Part shown: piece after piece, positions 37,856 through 46,211 of the stretch
How the letters are laid out: the number at the start of each line of letters is the position of its first letter
How positions within the stretch are numbered: position 1 is the stretch's first letter
Sequence record: AJ697969.1
DNA length: 64,000 bases
Source of the DNA: Pseudomonas phage EL
Direction: 5' to 3' (one strand)
Notes under the pieces: generated by a model
What the model was told of the DNA's origin: nothing
The model's input: only the letters and a program-made list of their open reading frames with translations
Databases searched by the model: none
Program-made: the position numbers and the translations under genes

Positions 37856-37906
37856 ATATTAAGGCGTGGTTGCCTTCCTATTTTTAAGACCGAATAAACA
37901 CAAAGG

Positions 37907-38263
37907 ATGTTATCTATGAGTCAAGTCAAGAAAGCGATGAAAGGTGTTCTGAAAGGTAACAGTCGAACGGCCGATAAGTTTGTATTATGGATGCCAGTTG
38001 AGCTACGCGATAAGGTTAGCGAACGCGCAACGGCCAATGGGCGGAGTATGAATGCTGAATTTATCATGCTCATACAGGCTGCGATAGCCAGTGGGAACAC
38101 AGGTGGAACCCAAATAAGGACTATTCCATCGGTAGGTGACCCTGTTCGGGTTGAAGGGCTCCCAGGTGTGGTGACTGAATTGATACCGACACCGACTGGA
38201 TTAAAGATCCGGGCAAAAACCTGTGAGGGAGAGGATATTTATTCGTTATGGGAGATTGTTTGA
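37907..38263 (+). CDS. Ribbon-helix-helix (Arc/MetJ-like) DNA-binding protein with C-terminal extension
   Basis: FVLWMPVELRDKVSERATANGRSMNAEFIMLIQAAI resembles the Arc-repressor RHH motif (…NGRSVNSEI…). Confidence 0.55.
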   Translation: MLSMSQVKKAMKGVLKGNSRTADKFVLWMPVELRDKVSERATANGRSMNAEFIMLIQAAIASGNTGGTQIRTIPSVGDPVRVEGLPGVVTELIPTPTGLKIRAKTCEGEDIYSLWEIV

Positions 38264-38264
38264 T

Positions 38265-38465
38265 ATGACTCGTTTCGAGAACTCGGATAAGGAAAAGAAA
38301 CCCAGTGTTCCTTTGCAGAACAAAATCGGGTTTGCGGGGATAGGGCCCGACGATGAGCCCATGTCGTGGACACTCACCCTCCCCGGTGAAAACTCGGTGG
38401 GTTACGCAGAACCCTTTCGACCTGAGAAAGAAGACCTGATCCCCCAACCGGTCTCTTTCGATTAA
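38265..38465 (+). CDS. Small hypothetical protein (66 aa)
   Basis: ATG 2 nt after the upstream stop. Confidence 0.35.
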   Translation: MTRFENSDKEKKPSVPLQNKIGFAGIGPDDEPMSWTLTLPGENSVGYAEPFRPEKEDLIPQPVSFD

Positions 38466-38477
38466 AAGCGTTGTATA

Positions 38478-38530
38478 CCCCTACCCAGCCCTTTTCGGCT
38501 GGGTAGGGGTTAATCTCTTTATTTTTGTTT
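38478..38530. terminator. Bidirectional terminator between convergent genes
   Basis: CCCCTACCCAGCC-cttttc-GGCTGGGTAGGGG then T-rich run. Confidence 0.7.
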
Positions 38531-39584
38531 ACTTCACTTTGGTAACACACGACGATCTGACCAGTTCGGTGATGTCGATCATCGTAGCTGCCACCGTCAC
38601 GGTGATCTTATCCACCTCGACCACCCCACTCAGCAATCCTTTCAGCTCATCGAGTCGCTTATTGAGGGCTTCCTTATCGGTGTCGTTACTGTAGTGGTTA
38701 ATTTGACCTTCCACCTTGGCAATCTTGCTCTCCAGTGCTTGGCGGGTCTCAAAGATGCTCACCCAACTGTTGGACATTGCTTCTTCACAACGACCGATTT
38801 TGCGGACAAATTCCTTAGCGGAATTGAGGTCTTTGATCGTTGTCACTTTAGGCAGGCCGATAAGTCCATTCACGTATTGCTGGATACCAATAACCATGCC
38901 GTCCGCTACGCCAGAATCCTCACCTTCATCCGCCAGTTTCTGGTACTTCGCTTTACGCTCATTCAAACGACCCACCGCGGCTTCCAGTTTGGCGACCTGG
39001 CTGCGCATTAGACTGCTGTGAATGATTCTGGAATCAAAGACTTCCTTGATCACCTTTTTAACCTGTTCAGGTTGGTGTTCCACCGGGAGGGCTTTAATGT
39101 CGTCAAGTTTCTTAACTACGGTCTCCTTAGCACTTTGGTCCTCGATCTTGTTGGCGATCTGAGTGGCTTCTTGGAGAACAGGACCCACGTTGGTCGTTGT
39201 CACCTTAGGACTCGCTACGGCGTCTATCGCCTTTTCAGCGGCCTTAGCGGATTCATCTACCTTATCCAGTTTGTCTTTAACGTTCTTCTTGAAGAGACCC
39301 CCGAAGATCGACTTGAACAGGTTCTTGATGTATTCCCAGGCTTTCTTAATCCCTTCGCCAATCGACGACAGGAACCCCTCATTCCCCGCCACTTCATTAC
39401 GGGTCAGGTAACCCGCGGTATGGAGAACGGACTGAAGGTAACGCTGATTCGCAGTCAGGTCCATTCCTTCAGTTCCCATGACCGTATCCGAAAGACCATC
39501 GAGTACTTGCTCAATATGTTCCATTTCTGGAACACCGTCCATCAGTTCGTCTTCGTATTCAACCGTGTTGGCTTGCTGTTCCAT
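38529..39584 (-). CDS. Hypothetical coiled-coil protein
   Basis: 351-aa charged, helical ORF. Plus-strand ORFs across it look spurious. Confidence 0.5.
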   Translation of the reverse strand: MEQQANTVEYEDELMDGVPEMEHIEQVLDGLSDTVMGTEGMDLTANQRYLQSVLHTAGYLTRNEVAGNEGFLSSIGEGIKKAWEYIKNLFKSIFGGLFKKNVKDKLDKVDESAKAAEKAIDAVASPKVTTTNVGPVLQEATQIANKIEDQSAKETVVKKLDDIKALPVEHQPEQVKKVIKEVFDSRIIHSSLMRSQVAKLEAAVGRLNERKAKYQKLADEGEDSGVADGMVIGIQQYVNGLIGLPKVTTIKDLNSAKEFVRKIGRCEEAMSNSWVSIFETRQALESKIAKVEGQINHYSNDTDKEALNKRLDELKGLLSGVVEVDKITVTVAATMIDITELVRSSCVTKVK

Positions 39585-39601
39585 TATTTGCTCCTTAAGG
39601 G

Positions 39602-42424
39602 TTAAAAGAGTGAGAGAACACTCCGGGAGGTATACAAGGAATGGGTTTCAGGTTCATCCCCCATATCAAACATTTCTTGGCCGGTGATATTACCCAACAA
39701 CTCATGGCCCTGTTCTTTACTCATAAGAATGTCCACTTGTTCCTTAGACCATTCCATGATGTTAATACTGCGGGTCATAATGTTGAGTTTATCCCCGGTG
39801 TCCATATCCAAGAGTTTAAAGTAACAGGGAGCATCCTGACCGGTACGCCAGGTACGGGCTTGGACCTGTTTCACTTCATACTCTCGGAAAGGGGCATTCA
39901 ACAGAATGGTCAGGTTCGCCATAATCAAGGGATACCCTTCCTTCAGGGAATCAAAGATCGCAATCAACGCACGGAGAGTGGGGTCTTTCTCAAAGCGTTT
40001 GATATTGGTGTCTCGTTCGTTGCTGTTTTCACCGTATACTGTCACATTCGGATACCCGACCTTCGTGAGGTATTCCTCGCAGAGTTTAAGGGCATCCACG
40101 TAGGAGGTAAAGATCAGAGTCTTCTTCTCCACGTTATCGATGAGCTCAGGGAGTCCTGCGTGCGCAATGGTGTCTTTAATAGCGTTAATACGGGCTCGTC
40201 CTAAAACGTTCCCTAAGGCCTCTCCACGCAGTTTTAGACCCAAGTACTTAACCGCGGACTTAATGTTCCTGAAATCCTTCAGGGTGGTCCCTTTAAGGCC
40301 CTTCTCGATGTCTTCTTCCACCAGCTTACAGAACTGACTGTCTTGGTTATCCGTAAAACTGTTGTACCCCCGGGTTCTGAACCGGTGAACAATCTGTTTG
40401 TACTTCACCAGATTCTCAACCGCTTTAGCATTCCCCTGGATAGACAATTCATACGACGTCATAACATCGTTGTAGAATTCCAGGAAGCTCGGCATATGCT
40501 TCGTATAGAACGCAATCCGTTCTCCAATGTAAATCTGCATTTGGAGGCGAATAGCATCCAAGGTGTATTGATCCGAATTCGGGATCTTCACCTTAACCAG
40601 TTCCATAGGAGGAGGATCGCCCAATCCCACCAGTTCAGGAATGGTGAACTTCATACGTCCAATACGTCTACTCAGCAAATCCATTAACGAGGGACGGTTA
40701 CGTCCATAGGACGCCATAAAGAACTCCCGAGCCTTCTTATCGAAGTAGGGATCGATCATACAGGTCGTTGGGAAGATTTCACTCCCCTGAGCCTTTAGCG
40801 GCGTCCCTGACATCGGAAGGTGATGCCCGAACAGTTCCATGTCGCACCATTCGATCAACTTCCGTGTACGGGCTGCTTTAGGGTCATTGAAGTTCTGGGA
40901 TTCATCCAGAATCATCTTCAAAGCGCCTTTATGCTTCTTACTCAGCGCAATGAGGAAGTTCTCCAAGTATTTCCCCATACCACTGGTCATGTAATCGTAA
41001 TGGACGATGTAGAAGTCATACCCTTCTTCTAAGACCTTACCGCTGATACTGGTCCAGATACGGGGTGGAACCTTAAAGTGCTGGAGGGGTTGTTCTACCC
41101 AGACTTTATCCACAATGTTCATAGGGCAAAAGACAACCGTCGGAGCCGTATTGATCAATTGAGACCACGCCAAGGACGTAAAGGTATTGTGGGTCACGAT
41201 GTAGTCATCCACCACATACAGCTTCTCGTCATTATCCAAGGCAATGCAGCAAGTCTCTTGATTCTCCACTTTCTCCCAGTACGCCAGCTTCAGTTGCAGG
41301 TCTTCATACTGGGAGAAGTTATACATTCCTTGAATACGGGGATTGTCTCCAATTAACCCAGTCATCATCTTGCCGACGTCTCGGTGCTTAAAGTCAACCT
41401 TATACAAACCGTTAACCAACACTGGCTCCGTAGCTGTTCCTCCAATGGACCACATCAACCGACGGAAGTTCTCCATCCCAATCCGGTTCTCGTGATACGC
41501 GGATAAGACGGATTCACTGATTAAACACCCCACGTGTTCAATCACCGATGTGACTATATTAAAGCGATCCCGATACGGGAGCTCCAATACGTTGTCCCCT
41601 ATTACAACGTCGGTATTGACCAGCTCCCTTGCAGCGACTTCAGAAGACGTATCGCAATGGGGGTTGCATCCATTGATCTCACCCACTAAGGGGAAGTACA
41701 CATCCTCTTTACGGGCTTTATGGAGTACTTCCAACGTGGTTAAGATTTCATCGACCCCATTCACCGTGGTTTTCCACAAATGATACGGATGAGAGTCAGC
41801 CGTTCTACCGTCTTCGAAATAGAAGCGATAAACTTCCGTGATCCCCTGGGGGTAAATACTCTCCACACACGCGGTATCACCCCCGGGGGTCACTACGATA
41901 TCCTTGACCTTTAGGTCACCCAAGGCTTTCCACCCATTTGGGACTTTAACCCGGGTTGAGAGAGGCATGGCTTTTCCTGAACCCGGTTTAGCATCCAACA
42001 ACATCCCTTTCAAGTGATAACTGTTCACAATGATAGGGTATTGCTGAAGAAAGTCCAACTGCTGAGGAAAGGGAACTGTGTTGAACTGATTCAGTTTCTT
42101 AAGATCAAAAGGTTTACCTCCCGGATTAACCGTATCTTTAATCCAGGTCTCGGTTTCAATGAGTTCCTTCAATTCACTCAACGCTCGTCTGCGGGTACGG
42201 AGGTTCCGTATTTTGAGGAGTTCCCCCACAATGTGGTGCAATTCTACCAGGAAGAAGTTATGCACCTTAATGGTGTCCCAGGATTCGCGTCGAATCTGAT
42301 GTTTCGTTAAGAGAGAAGTGCTGTAGAACTTCTCAATGTCTTTGGCTAAATCGTAATAGGACACACCCGTAATGTGTACGTAGTCTCCCGTTTGTTTGAT
42401 CTTAACTGAAAACAGTCCTAACAT
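39602..42424 (-). CDS. SF2 helicase (SNF2/DExQ-like) interrupted by an intein in motif I
   Basis: Q-motif PFPQQLDFL. Walker A LDAKPGSGK|[intein]|TFTSLAW. Motif II MILDESQNF. Motifs IV-VI (LIFTSYVD, QARTWRTGQ). 940 aa including the intein. Confidence 0.8.
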   Translation of the reverse strand: MLGLFSVKIKQTGDYVHITGVSYYDLAKDIEKFYSTSLLTKHQIRRESWDTIKVHNFFLVELHHIVGELLKIRNLRTRRRALSELKELIETETWIKDTVNPGGKPFDLKKLNQFNTVPFPQQLDFLQQYPIIVNSYHLKGMLLDAKPGSGKAMPLSTRVKVPNGWKALGDLKVKDIVVTPGGDTACVESIYPQGITEVYRFYFEDGRTADSHPYHLWKTTVNGVDEILTTLEVLHKARKEDVYFPLVGEINGCNPHCDTSSEVAARELVNTDVVIGDNVLELPYRDRFNIVTSVIEHVGCLISESVLSAYHENRIGMENFRRLMWSIGGTATEPVLVNGLYKVDFKHRDVGKMMTGLIGDNPRIQGMYNFSQYEDLQLKLAYWEKVENQETCCIALDNDEKLYVVDDYIVTHNTFTSLAWSQLINTAPTVVFCPMNIVDKVWVEQPLQHFKVPPRIWTSISGKVLEEGYDFYIVHYDYMTSGMGKYLENFLIALSKKHKGALKMILDESQNFNDPKAARTRKLIEWCDMELFGHHLPMSGTPLKAQGSEIFPTTCMIDPYFDKKAREFFMASYGRNRPSLMDLLSRRIGRMKFTIPELVGLGDPPPMELVKVKIPNSDQYTLDAIRLQMQIYIGERIAFYTKHMPSFLEFYNDVMTSYELSIQGNAKAVENLVKYKQIVHRFRTRGYNSFTDNQDSQFCKLVEEDIEKGLKGTTLKDFRNIKSAVKYLGLKLRGEALGNVLGRARINAIKDTIAHAGLPELIDNVEKKTLIFTSYVDALKLCEEYLTKVGYPNVTVYGENSNERDTNIKRFEKDPTLRALIAIFDSLKEGYPLIMANLTILLNAPFREYEVKQVQARTWRTGQDAPCYFKLLDMDTGDKLNIMTRSINIMEWSKEQVDILMSKEQGHELLGNITGQEMFDMGDEPETHSLYTSRSVLSLF
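41186..41971 (-). other. Intein (about 262 aa), class-3-like, inserted in helicase P-loop between GSGK and T
   Basis: N-terminal block A-like LSTRVKVPNGWKALGDL. Block B GRTADSHPYHLW. Block F ETCCIALD. Block G YVVDDYIVTHN followed by Thr (+1) that completes GSGKT. Starts with Ala, so there is no Cys/Ser1 nucleophile. Confidence 0.65.
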
Positions 42425-43620
42425 TGAAGTCGTCCTTAAAGAAGGGGTTTAAAATGCGTCAAGTAGAAGTAGGATCCGCGGTCTATAACAACCTGGCTCG
42501 TCTATACGACCACCTGTGGGGTGGAGAATTGGTTGAGGTAGGCCAACGGGTAGAAGGGGAAACGGAATATCGAGATGTGCTGACCCTCGGAGATGTCGAG
42601 ATCCATTACTTCTTTACCCTCAATAAAGAAGGTAAAGAAGAAGCCTACGTGCGGTATACCCGTGACAACGGTACCCTCACGTTCCGACTGAACGAGAAGT
42701 GGACCCAATACCTCTTCAATGACGAAATCTTCACCATTCCAGAAGAGATCGTAGAGGGTATGGGGAGGGTCTCTATAGAGTTCCCCAGTAGTTGGTTACA
42801 GGTCGCGGCTAAACACCCCGCTGATGATGTGCTTCAAGATGACCTGAAAACCACGGATAAACTGGTGATTAAGCTCTCCAATAAACTCCGTCATGCCGTG
42901 GATGTTATCACCAAGAAAAGCAACCATTTGGTTGAATGGGTGGGTAAACGTGACCACGACCTCTACCTCACGTTCAAAACCAAGAAAGACGACCTTTCTT
43001 ACTTTACGGTTCGGTTTGATAAAGTCTACCCCGAAGTCCCTAAAGAAGGGATTACCCTCGGGGAAGGGGAAACGTTGGAGATTGATAACCCCGATAACCG
43101 TCAGGAAGTTAAGGACCTTATTAAGACTATCGGTGAACTGGAACACCAAGTGAACCGACAGATTCAATATTACCGCAAGCATGCAGACCTGACTGACGCG
43201 GGTAAAGCACTCTTCGAGCAGGAAGTCCGTACCCTTCTATTTGCCGCCAGTCACTTCAGCAAACGCATTTATCCTTTCAACAGTGTGCATGGTAAGGAAT
43301 GGTTGGATAAGGCGGCTAACGAGATCCTGGAGCGCCTGTACGCCTATAAAGCCACCACAGACGTTCCCTTCGGGTTGGATGTGAACAGTTGGTTCGTGTG
43401 GAGTTATCCACTGGATGGAAGTGAGCCGGTTAAGGTCACGGATGAATCGGTTGACTTTATTGAGTGCGTACTTAATCGGTACACGGAGAGTTTTGTTGAT
43501 ATCCTGACGGGTTTCCTGATGGATTTGAACCACACGGAAGTCATCCGTCCGTATCACTACGTGGTGCCTGCTGACCTCAGTGACGGATACTCGATCGGCT
43601 CGATTCGTCGGGTAAAATAA
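42424..43620 (+). CDS. Hypothetical protein
   Basis: 398-aa ORF diverging from the helicase gene, followed by a hairpin. Confidence 0.5.
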   Translation: MKSSLKKGFKMRQVEVGSAVYNNLARLYDHLWGGELVEVGQRVEGETEYRDVLTLGDVEIHYFFTLNKEGKEEAYVRYTRDNGTLTFRLNEKWTQYLFNDEIFTIPEEIVEGMGRVSIEFPSSWLQVAAKHPADDVLQDDLKTTDKLVIKLSNKLRHAVDVITKKSNHLVEWVGKRDHDLYLTFKTKKDDLSYFTVRFDKVYPEVPKEGITLGEGETLEIDNPDNRQEVKDLIKTIGELEHQVNRQIQYYRKHADLTDAGKALFEQEVRTLLFAASHFSKRIYPFNSVHGKEWLDKAANEILERLYAYKATTDVPFGLDVNSWFVWSYPLDGSEPVKVTDESVDFIECVLNRYTESFVDILTGFLMDLNHTEVIRPYHYVVPADLSDGYSIGSIRRVK

Positions 43621-43631
43621 CGAAAACGACT

Positions 43632-43666
43632 ATACTCCAGGAGAGCCGTTGGGCTCTCCTGGAGTA
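43632..43666. terminator. Bidirectional hairpin between convergent genes
   Basis: ACTCCAGGAGAGCC-gttg-GGCTCTCCTGGAGT. Confidence 0.6.
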
Positions 43667-43673
43667 GTCGGTA

Positions 43674-44306
43674 TTACGGTACACCCAATCGAGACTCTAG
43701 ATCCTTAATGTATTCATCCCTGGCCACTAAGGCCGCTTCCAGATCTCGAATACGAGACAAATCATTACTGTCATCCGTAATCGTGTTCTTGCGGGTGGTT
43801 TCAAACACATCATGCTCATTCTTCGAGACATACCCAATGACCGGTACAGTTCCCAAAGTGGATTTCCCTTCCACTCCGAAATGGGCTTTGATGTAGGTAT
43901 CGAAATGTTGCATCGCCAAGACAAGGTTATCCTTCATCTCAGGGGGTAACGCACCACAGTCGGTGACAATACACATGCGTTCGTACGAATACCCATCTAC
44001 CAACGGGAAACTCTTCAGGTAGGTAGTCAGCACATAGACCGGAGGACCACTCCGCGGTATTAACGACACCACCACGGCGTTTTCACTGATCGCCTTTTCC
44101 AGTACCGCAGGGTAATCTGCTTCGCTGAGTCCAATGGGTTTAAAGACCCGCTCGTAGATCTTAATCTTCAATCCCTGCATTTCAGGGATCGTTCGAGTGG
44201 CCTCTACGGTGTAGAACGTATTGGGATTCACCACGGTTGAGAAGGGTGCGATAGCTTCAAACCGTCCGGCTGCACCAATGGCTGGAATGATGTTTTGCTC
44301 AGCCAT
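43674..44306 (-). CDS. Hypothetical protein
   Basis: 210-aa ORF translationally coupled to the upstream gene. Confidence 0.5.
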   Translation of the reverse strand: MAEQNIIPAIGAAGRFEAIAPFSTVVNPNTFYTVEATRTIPEMQGLKIKIYERVFKPIGLSEADYPAVLEKAISENAVVVSLIPRSGPPVYVLTTYLKSFPLVDGYSYERMCIVTDCGALPPEMKDNLVLAMQHFDTYIKAHFGVEGKSTLGTVPVIGYVSKNEHDVFETTRKNTITDDSNDLSRIRDLEAALVARDEYIKDLESRLGVP

Positions 44307-44309
44307 TCA

Positions 44310-45656
44310 TTAATCCTCCTCTACAATCCCGTCTTGAATCATTTGCCACCGGGTGAACATCACGTATTTCACTTTACCAATACGCTTGGCCACACAGACC
44401 TTATCCAAGCGAGTCAGACGGCTGACCCCGGGAGGCAGCAAAGAGAACGGCGTAACCACTTCAGCGGCTGCTACCAGGTCCTCCATTCCACGGATAAACG
44501 CCATAGTAGCCTCACCCATGGATCCAAAATCAGGATCCAGGGAGGGGATCAATTGGTACTGGGGAACAATTGAACGAATCTTCTGCATCCCTTGACGGTT
44601 GTTCTTTTTAGCTACAAACCCAATCTGAACCGATTTATACAGCATGGGTAGGGTTTGGAAGGATTTTATGATGAAGTCTTCTGGTATTGTTGGGACCAAG
44701 TACTGCTTGGCAATATCGATTTCAGTCTCACGATCGACAATGGGGGAGAACGAGCTAGCACCGGTGGTGCGGTCTACAATCCCAATCATGTCGAAACGGG
44801 GGATGGCATAGAACTCCAGCGGGTTGAAGAGATCGGGGATCTTTTCTTCCCAATCTTCACGAGGATACTTCGAATCTTTCAAGATTTCATCTTGAATCTG
44901 TTCGTAGAGCTGATCTTCCGCCTCGGTACCATTACCCCAGGACAGGATAGACCAGTACCCCATGTTGAACTTGCCGGTGTTAATCAGGTCAAGTATCTGG
45001 AATTCTTCGACGTTGCGCTCTGTATAGGGCCAGCCTGCATTCCGAGTCGCTTCATGTTCACGTTGCGCGATGACCGTCGGGGTTTCCCGTGCGAACCGCT
45101 CAGCAATCTGCTGATAGTTCATGGTCATCAGGTTGTCCATCTCGTTTAACGGGATGGGGTGGATAATCGTAAACTGAACACGGGGATATTGGATCAGGAA
45201 GTACGCGTCAGCCATCCACAAGTAGAACGGCTGCTTATCACCACCCACGACATGATAGCCACGAACAAAGCTCGGTAGCCAGATCGTGTTATTGGTGACC
45301 ATTTCACCAACGTCTTCAATCACAACATTGGTGGTGAATTGGGCTTTGAGTAGCGCAAGGGTGTTAGGACGACTGTCAGTGATTTTCCCGCTTAGAGCTT
45401 GTTCATACAACCAGTTGGACACACCGATTTGAGCTTCAGCAATCGCTTGCGGCATAACAATCTCTGTTCCATCGGTTTCGGAATAGAAATTGACCAATAC
45501 GGTTGCACTGGGAATGTTCGCAGCCAGGGTAAACTTACCCGGGTCTTTGGCGTAACTGTTGGACTTGTTCGACAGCTCGCCAATAGGGGAGGTTGTGAGT
45601 AGACTGTTGTCGTGAAGCTTTGCTATACTTGCGAAAGAAAGGAACGTGGTACTCAT
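44310..45656 (-). CDS. Hypothetical protein
   Basis: 448-aa ORF with GGTGAG RBS. Confidence 0.5.
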   Translation of the reverse strand: MSTTFLSFASIAKLHDNSLLTTSPIGELSNKSNSYAKDPGKFTLAANIPSATVLVNFYSETDGTEIVMPQAIAEAQIGVSNWLYEQALSGKITDSRPNTLALLKAQFTTNVVIEDVGEMVTNNTIWLPSFVRGYHVVGGDKQPFYLWMADAYFLIQYPRVQFTIIHPIPLNEMDNLMTMNYQQIAERFARETPTVIAQREHEATRNAGWPYTERNVEEFQILDLINTGKFNMGYWSILSWGNGTEAEDQLYEQIQDEILKDSKYPREDWEEKIPDLFNPLEFYAIPRFDMIGIVDRTTGASSFSPIVDRETEIDIAKQYLVPTIPEDFIIKSFQTLPMLYKSVQIGFVAKKNNRQGMQKIRSIVPQYQLIPSLDPDFGSMGEATMAFIRGMEDLVAAAEVVTPFSLLPPGVSRLTRLDKVCVAKRIGKVKYVMFTRWQMIQDGIVEED

Positions 45657-45689
45657 GATTGGCTCACCGTTGATGTAAGGAATACGCCC

Positions 45690-46145
45690 ATGGTTTTAGG
45701 TATTGCAAAGGAGATGGCGGATAGATTCATAGAATTCGTTCTTAAATTCTTCAAAGGGGAGTCTGCTGAAGACCAACTGAGCAAAGCCCTTAAAGTTTCA
45801 GTACTTACTATTGCCCTGCTACTGTTTGGTTTGTTTGCATTGTTGAGTAACAACCTCAACCTGCGCATGGATCTGGCGGATGCTGAAATTGGTCTGGCTA
45901 AGATTAATATGCTCTTCGACCCTACTGTGGGGGAAGGGGGACCTTTAAAAGAGTTCGTTCGTATCAATGATGCGTTGAGTCGACAACTAGACAGTGTTAA
46001 GAATCAAAATATCATCTTGTCGAAACGAACCATTACTGCAACGGCTGAAAACAAGGTACTTAAGGAACACCTACTTAAGGTCCTTGAAGAGAACAAGATT
46101 CTACAAAATAATAACCAAATGCTGTTGAGAAAATGTACACAATAG
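45690..46145 (+). CDS. Hypothetical membrane protein with C-terminal coiled coil
   Basis: TM helix VLTIALLLFGLFALLS followed by a heptad-rich segment. AAGGA RBS before ATG 45690. Confidence 0.4.
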   Translation: MVLGIAKEMADRFIEFVLKFFKGESAEDQLSKALKVSVLTIALLLFGLFALLSNNLNLRMDLADAEIGLAKINMLFDPTVGEGGPLKEFVRINDALSRQLDSVKNQNIILSKRTITATAENKVLKEHLLKVLEENKILQNNNQMLLRKCTQ

Positions 46146-46211
46146 GGACCGGTTAAATTCCACAAGGATGTGTATCCCATGTACACGCACCTACTAGAAT
46201 GAGTTAACGTA

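Noticed and set aside
39018-39605. Plus-strand ORFs antisense to the coiled-coil gene 38529..39584
   Set aside because: The antisense frames have no RBS, and the minus-strand frame is preceded and followed by appropriate signals.
43897-43915. Reverse-complement near-match to the promoter motif (CCTACATCAAAG) inside minus-strand gene 43674..44306
   Set aside because: It is a partial match only and lies in a coding sequence. There is no gene appropriately positioned downstream.
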